Below are positions 58,661 to 64,000 of a stretch of 64,000 nt of DNA, one piece after another. The notes below the pieces were generated by a model. It was not told the origin of the DNA, did not search any database, and was given only the letters and a program-made list of their open reading frames with translations. Location of the stretch: contig CAVSAX010000012.1 in NCBI GenBank assembly GCA_963725995.1, positions 3,329 to 67,328 of the forward strand, given 5' to 3'. Every line of letters begins with the position of its first letter. Position 1 is the first letter of the stretch. Both the position numbers and the translations under genes were made by a program. Source of the DNA: an uncultured Acidobacteriaceae bacterium (GTDB lineage: Bacteria > Acidobacteriota > Terriglobia > Terriglobales > Acidobacteriaceae).

Positions 58661-59575
58661 CTACGGGATTACCGGCACCATCTGCGGCGCAATCAGCTTC
58701 ACACCCGGCGTCTCCATCTTCAGCTTCATCTGCACCAGGCCCTTGCTCGGTTTGGCGACGGACTTGAAACGAAGCGCGTACTGGTTGTTCATGATCTGGC
58801 TCAGATCATTCAGAAACGGCACCACCGATACCGGATTCCCGGTCCCCGAATACAGGCACTTCCCACCCGTCTCCTGCGCAACTTGAACGAGGTAGTTCTG
58901 TCCGCCGTTGCTTGCCACCTGGTCGTAGCTGAGCGCCCCCGTTCCCCTGTAATAGAGCGTGTAGACCAAAATCTGCGCCCGCTGCGCATCGGCGATTGCC
59001 TTCGTCACATATGGATTATCGGCGTTGAACGCGGTATCCCCGTAACGATCGATTCCATCTGTGATCATCAGAATCTCCCGCCGCGCGGTCGCTGTTTCGG
59101 CGGGCCATTGCTGCGAGATCGACGATAGCGTGAAGTAAGGGCTGCCTCCTCCACGGATGCTCTGCGGCAGGCGCAGCGCCTTCGCTGCCAGCCCGTGATC
59201 CCGCGTGAAGGGCTGCGCCATCACCGTCTGTCCGTTTGACATGTAGCCCACGGCCACCTGCACCGCCGACGGCAGCGCCAGCACGAATGTCCTTATGTCT
59301 TCGATCTGGTTCGCCAATCCACCCGCAGACGAGTCATCAATCAGCAGCAGTAGCTGCATCCCGGCATGCTCCCCCGTAAGCGGTGCCCACAGGGTGATAG
59401 GTGCCCGCTTGCCATTCTCAAATACCAGCACGTTGTCCTGCAGAATCGGATCCGCATTCCCCGCCTTGCGCTGAACCGTCACCACCGCGCTGCCCGTTTG
59501 TGCGTAAACCTGCGCCGCAAATGCGATCGCCAAACCAAAAACTACTCCCCGTGCAAACTTCATTCCCTGCGGCAT
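58661..59575 (-). CDS. Secreted von Willebrand factor A-like domain protein; start uncertain
   Basis: It has a signal peptide (FARGVVFGLAIAFAAQVYAQ). LLLLIDDSSAG is an imperfect MIDAS-like motif, and MITDGIDRYG follows. Confidence 0.5.
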   Translation of the reverse strand: MPQGMKFARGVVFGLAIAFAAQVYAQTGSAVVTVQRKAGNADPILQDNVLVFENGKRAPITLWAPLTGEHAGMQLLLLIDDSSAGGLANQIEDIRTFVLALPSAVQVAVGYMSNGQTVMAQPFTRDHGLAAKALRLPQSIRGGGSPYFTLSSISQQWPAETATARREILMITDGIDRYGDTAFNADNPYVTKAIADAQRAQILVYTLYYRGTGALSYDQVASNGGQNYLVQVAQETGGKCLYSGTGNPVSVVPFLNDLSQIMNNQYALRFKSVAKPSKGLVQMKLKMETPGVKLIAPQMVPVIP

Positions 59576-59755
59576 GCAATACACTCTCCCGGGCAATTAC
59601 TGGCCTGCGTCTTCATAACAGAACGGGGGCCGCGTAGCAAATCCCGCCAGCCCCCGTCGGCCCTCCTCAAATGTTTTAGCCAGCACCCCGGCTCCCGCGC
59701 CTAAATCCAACAAAAGAGGCCATCCATTCAACACTCCGTGTATCCTTCACAAGGA

Positions 59756-60589
59756 ATGAAGAGAATCCTGACTGCGGCAATTCTCGTCCCCTTGGTGCTG
59801 CTCGTGATCTTCTTGCAGGGCCCCCGGTTTGTGTGGCTCCTGCCCACCCTCACAGCCATCGTCGCCGGTCTGGCGGCATGGGAGTTCCTCGGCCTCGCCA
59901 ACGCCAGCGGAGCCCATACTCCCCGCGTCCTGGTCATCATCGCCCTGGCGCTGCTCATGTTCATCAGCCTGGTCCACCCTGATCGCGTCGCGCCCACCAT
60001 CAGCGCCCTCAGCATCGCCATCTTCGCCTTCTGCGCCTTTCGCGGACCCCTCGACACCGTCCTTGCCGACGTCTCCTCCTCCGTCTTCTGCCTCGTCTAC
60101 ATCGGCCTCTCCATGGCCACTCTTCCCTGGCTGGCCGCGCAGGAAAACGGCCCCTCGCTGCTAACATTCCTATTTTGTGTGGTGTGGACGGGAGATATAG
60201 CCGGTCTCTACATTGGGCGCAGCTTTGGCCGCCACAAACTCGCCCCTAAGCTCAGCCCCAATAAGACATGGGAAGGCACAGTCGCCTCCATTATCGGAAG
60301 CGTGCTCATCACATTGGTTCTGGCTTTTATCGCCGAGATGCTTGCCCGTCGCGGAAGCAGCCTTCTCGCCTACCCCGGCTCCATCTTCCGCTGGATCTTC
60401 CTCGCCATCATCCTCAACGTCGCCGCTCAGGTTGGCGACCTGGCTGAGTCCGCCATCAAGCGCGGCGCCGGAGTCAAGGATTCAGGCACCCTGCTCCCCG
60501 GCCACGGAGGCATGCTCGATCGCATCGACGCCCTGCTGCTCGCCGCCCCCGTCCTCTGGTACGCCCAGCTGGTCCAATCGCCTTTCTAA
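59756..60589 (+). CDS. cdsA: Phosphatidate cytidylyltransferase
   Basis: The protein is multi-TM. SPNKTWEG and the signature SAIKRGAGVKDSGTLLPGHGGMLDRIDAL are present. Confidence 0.85.
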   Translation: MKRILTAAILVPLVLLVIFLQGPRFVWLLPTLTAIVAGLAAWEFLGLANASGAHTPRVLVIIALALLMFISLVHPDRVAPTISALSIAIFAFCAFRGPLDTVLADVSSSVFCLVYIGLSMATLPWLAAQENGPSLLTFLFCVVWTGDIAGLYIGRSFGRHKLAPKLSPNKTWEGTVASIIGSVLITLVLAFIAEMLARRGSSLLAYPGSIFRWIFLAIILNVAAQVGDLAESAIKRGAGVKDSGTLLPGHGGMLDRIDALLLAAPVLWYAQLVQSPF

Positions 60590-60620
60590 ACAACTTAGTG
60601 GAAGCCAGAGTCGAGGAAAT

Positions 60621-60664
60621 ATGGCACGTCAGCCGGCTCAACGTGGCCTCGGCTGACGTGCCAT
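60621..60664. terminator. Strong perfect hairpin between the convergent cdsA and anti-sigma genes
   Basis: ATGGCACGTCAGCCG (60621-60635) and CGGCTGACGTGCCAT (60650-60664) form a perfect 15-bp stem with a 14-nt loop. There is no U tract on either side. Confidence 0.5.
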
Positions 60665-60704
60665 CTGGAATCCACAATCGCTCCGTCACTCCGTTCGGAT
60701 CAAT

Positions 60705-62018
60705 TCAGTTCTTCCGGGCAACGGCAATGCGCATCTCGGTAGTTTGGCTTAATGGCTCTGTTTGAGAGCCAGACCAAATCTCCGTAGGCGGTCCAACCGG
60801 CACATAGCCTTGCCTGCCTATCCACATCACAAAACTTGCCCAACGACTGCCGGGATCGTGCCCCCACGCCGTATTGAAGTCTTGACCCCAGGCACCAGTC
60901 ACCACCACCGACGCGACCAGGGAGGCGGGGATATTGTCTTGTCGAAAAGGCTTTTCAACCGGCGTGCTCAGAGGAACGGAATAGCCTGCATACCACTCTG
61001 TGTTGGCCACATATTTCATGAGAGGCGGGCCTGATGGAGTTACACCCTCCTTTTTCAACCACGACCGAACCTGCTGCATTCCCAGACGAGTCTGCGGATA
61101 AGAGGTACCCACCGGAATCCCAATCACACTCATTGCATCGGATTCCTTGATCTTTGGCCGAAGAGTCTCTTGTCCTCCCTGCACGTCGCCTTGGTTCCCA
61201 CCAACTGTGTTGATGGCCCTGTACGTTGCTGGCGGAGTCATATCGAACACAGCACGGTCAATTCGCCGTCCAACGTGAATTTCCTTGATATGCATCTCGT
61301 AGAGAGGCTTGCCTCCCTCCTGAATGGAAATGTCCGCATGGTCGGGATCGCCCGTTCCGGCGTCCACCCACAAATCCATCCATTTGAAACCGGGACTTAC
61401 CGTGCCCGCCGGCAAATGAAGAATGCGATATCCATTCAAGCGTCTGCCTTCCTGTTCTTTTGTGCCCAGGAATTGATGCGCTGTCTTCGGCAAAGACCTC
61501 AGTCCGTTGACGAGATCGGTCGACTCGGCGAGACCATCGGCATGTTTTCCCTCTTCCATCACGTAACTCCCCGTCAGATGCATCAGGACCAACTCTCTTC
61601 CTGATCCATCGCTCCGTATCTCAGTGCCCCATGAGCAACTCACCCTGCGATACGCGGGAGCAAGATAGCTGAAATCGACCTCGGTGTAGGGAGCAAGCAC
61701 AACTTTGTATTCGAGAGATTGAGCATCCCTCATCTCAGCTGCGGCAGCCGCATACACATGGTTTGCTCTCAATCCGGCGGGGATCAGGGTCAACGCCGTC
61801 ACCACCACCAGGGCAGCTAGTGTGACCGCGACAACGCGCGAGGATAACAGCCATCTCCACGCCTCAACCCAGTTGCGCACCCCGCTTCGCGGTCGCTGCT
61901 CAACTCTTTCCCGCAGCCCCGCGAGTTGGTGCTGCATGCGTTCTTTTACCTCGGCTGGAACGTCCACTTGAGTGCTCCTCCGGATGACTTCATCCACGTC
62001 ATGATTCAGGTTAGGCAT
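60705..62018 (-). CDS. Putative membrane anti-sigma factor (non-zinc type) with a large extracytoplasmic region ending in a GyrI-like-looking domain
   Basis: The ATG overlaps the sigma gene stop (ATGCCTAA). It has a single TM segment (VVAVTLAALVVVTALTLIPAGL) and no HxxxCxxC motif. The C-terminal ~150 aa (VIGIPVGTSYPQ...PLMKYVAN...VVVTGAWG...EIWSG...TEMRIAV) resemble the GyrI-like/effector-binding fold pattern by eye. Confidence 0.5.
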   Translation of the reverse strand: MPNLNHDVDEVIRRSTQVDVPAEVKERMQHQLAGLRERVEQRPRSGVRNWVEAWRWLLSSRVVAVTLAALVVVTALTLIPAGLRANHVYAAAAAEMRDAQSLEYKVVLAPYTEVDFSYLAPAYRRVSCSWGTEIRSDGSGRELVLMHLTGSYVMEEGKHADGLAESTDLVNGLRSLPKTAHQFLGTKEQEGRRLNGYRILHLPAGTVSPGFKWMDLWVDAGTGDPDHADISIQEGGKPLYEMHIKEIHVGRRIDRAVFDMTPPATYRAINTVGGNQGDVQGGQETLRPKIKESDAMSVIGIPVGTSYPQTRLGMQQVRSWLKKEGVTPSGPPLMKYVANTEWYAGYSVPLSTPVEKPFRQDNIPASLVASVVVTGAWGQDFNTAWGHDPGSRWASFVMWIGRQGYVPVGPPTEIWSGSQTEPLSQTTEMRIAVARKN

Positions 62019-62556
62019 GGGTCTCTTCCTCCTTGCGGCTGGGCGTTATCAAGTATGAAAGCGCGCTTCGCAGCTTCGTGCGTGCACGAGTCACATGTTT
62101 GCGGACAGTCGCTTCACCGCAGTCCATTACGATCGCAATCTCGCTATATGGCATTTCTTCGACCGCGCGCATCAGGATGGCGCGCGCCTGATTCTTCGGG
62201 AGGGTGCCGATAGCGTGCAACACATGTGCGCCCTCCTCTGCATCGGTGACCGATTGAAGGGCCGAAGCAGACAGGTCCGCAATCTCCTCTGGATATGCAT
62301 CCGCATACTGCCATTTGAGGCGCTTTGCCTTCCTGCGCAACAGGTCATATGCCGCGTTGATGCACATGCGCAACACCAGCGCCCGCGGGTTTGGGTGCCT
62401 GAGAACCGTGTCCCAGTTCTCCCAGATTTTGGCAAGAGCCTCCTGGAAAGCATCCTCCGCATCATCGGGATCTCTGACGATGCGCCAGACACAACGAATC
62501 ATCCGGTTCTCGATAGGTGAGATCAGTCGTTCGTAATCTGACTGCCTGTCGTTCAT
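62011..62556 (-). CDS. ECF-type RNA polymerase sigma factor
   Basis: Region 2 is DAEDAFQEALAKIWENW ... RMCINAAYDLLRRK. Region 4 is LPKNQARAILMRAVEEMPYSEIAIVMDCGEATVRKHVTRARTKLR. Confidence 0.85.
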   Translation of the reverse strand: MNDRQSDYERLISPIENRMIRCVWRIVRDPDDAEDAFQEALAKIWENWDTVLRHPNPRALVLRMCINAAYDLLRRKAKRLKWQYADAYPEEIADLSASALQSVTDAEEGAHVLHAIGTLPKNQARAILMRAVEEMPYSEIAIVMDCGEATVRKHVTRARTKLRSALSYLITPSRKEEETHA

Positions 62557-62798
62557 GAATTTCCTTTCTCAAATAGAAAGCAGGCGACGGGCTGTTTGCG
62601 CTCGTTTTGCTCTCACATGGGAAACGTCCGCCATACCGGTTTTGTGGACACGGATCATCTATACGCCACGTCAGGCAACGTGGCAGTGATGCACGATGCG
62701 CGCTTGATCGCGCTTCCGGCCTATCGGGATAAGCTGATGCGAATCGTTCTCAATTCATGACAGGAGCAGCAGAATTTAGCGCCTGAGTGCGGTCAGCG

Positions 62799-64000
62799 CT
62801 ACCACCACGCCTCCATCTGGGCTCCCCAGGTCCAGCCTTCGTTGCTGGTGGCGTAGTCAGGCCCGCCAACCTTCCCCACAAATCCATTCCCCCAATGCGC
62901 ATACGTCACGAAGCCGCGCAAAGTCGGCCGCGTCATGAACCCGGATCCAAAAGAAATCTGCGGAGCAATGGTCATCTTGAAGAGGTAGTCGCTGACGTTG
63001 GTGTCTTTGTCGTCCGTCCAATCCACGAACGGCTCGAAGGCCAGGCTGGCATACTTGTTGAAGTTCCACTGTGGCCGAACTCCAGCGGAGAACCAATACT
63101 GCATGCCGCCGTATTGCTTGTAATCCGTAGCCTGGTAAAGCACCACCGGACTGATCGCGAAATGATCCCCCGTCTCAAAGATCAAATTGTCTGCAACCCT
63201 GAAGCGGTAAGACCCCGCGGCATTCGGACGAATAAAAGTCTCCCCATCCGCCACAAATGTTTCGAAGCCCGAGGTGAATGTCAGCGCCGGCCCATGGCCA
63301 TACTGAATGTAGAACTTGTTCAGATTGCTATCGCCAGCCACTTTTCCTTGGTGTGAATGAACGTCAGTGATACGCCCGTGTCATTGGGCGCGGTCAGCCC
63401 ATTCTGGTCCTTGCCCGACGTTGCCCGCGACACATCAAACGCAAGCTCTCCCGAGCCTCCAAGCAGCTTGAAGTCATAGAGGCGAAAATCAAAATTCGTC
63501 TTGTTGAAGCCTGCCTTGTTCACCGCATCTGGCTGCGGAACATCGGTGAACGCACTCTGCGATCCCAGCCCTATCCACGCAGCCGCAAGCTTCCCAATCG
63601 GCGTCTGAATCCCTTCAACTCCACCCCCTCCGCCGCTCATGTTGATGAGGAAAAAGTCGTCAATATAAACGTCGTGCCGCCGATAGAACCGGTTGCCCGC
63701 CCAGAAGCTCATCGCGGGCTGACTCACGCTCAGGTTGCCAATCGCGGCCCAGGCTTCGGCCAATCCAAACTGCGTCGAACCCGGCTGCACATAGTTGCTG
63801 TACGGGTTATACATCGACATGCGCATCTGGAAGCGACCCACCGGCTGCGACGACACCCCGTTCGCCTGGGGCCCGCGCGTCAGCGAAAACGCTCCCGGCA
63901 GATAGAAATTCTTGCCGACGATCAGCTCTCCGTAATTCTCGGCCTCGTTGCCCAGGCGTCCCTTGGCCAACGCGCCCGGCGCCTGGAACGCAACCTGCGG
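62799..64000 (-). pseudogene. LamB/maltoporin-family carbohydrate porin, 5' end outside the window, one apparent frameshift
   Basis: The C-terminus GWTWGAQMEAWW closely resembles the LamB terminus. The upstream part (...TGVSLTFIHTKEK) is in another frame, with the junction at the A run in GGAAAAGTGG (~63330). The ORF stays open to the window edge. Confidence 0.65.

Overview
This is a high-GC bacterial chromosomal segment. Its gene content and protein style are consistent with Acidobacteriota (Terriglobia-like), but that is an inference, not a search result. Positions 1-8.3 kb are visibly more AT-rich. They look like a decaying integrative island next to the tmRNA gene (ssrA, 8300-8650, minus strand). 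The island holds a tyrosine integrase with two frameshifts, a serine resolvase with at least four, an IS481-type transposase with one, an HUH rolling-circle Rep-like gene, an AraC regulator and an atypical receiver-like gene. The remaining ~55 kb is mostly core metabolism and envelope genes. These include an HD-GYP response regulator, glmU with an M16 peptidase pair, a beta-oxidation operon (fadN-like, thiolase, acyl-CoA dehydrogenase), a cysteine desulfurase coupled to mnmA, citrate synthase, thiO, PolX, a cold-shock protein, Nudix and bshC-like genes. Further genes include leucine-catabolism genes (MCC beta subunit, HMG-CoA lyase, enoyl-CoA hydratase), uppS/cdsA, an ECF sigma/anti-sigma pair and a LamB-like porin that runs off the right edge. 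I found no CRISPR array, rRNA or tRNA gene. The candidates most worth follow-up are: (1) a start/stop-overlapped operon of penicillin-acylase-family hydrolase, large polytopic membrane protein, IspA and DUF59; (2) an ECF sigma factor coupled to a non-zinc anti-sigma with an apparent extracytoplasmic GyrI-like domain; (3) uncharacterised exported or membrane proteins embedded in the beta-oxidation and leucine-catabolism operons; and (4) single-nucleotide frameshifts in otherwise core genes (fadN-like, porin), which need resequencing. None of these can be called a new system from sequence alone. All functional calls rest on motifs read by eye from the ORF translations.
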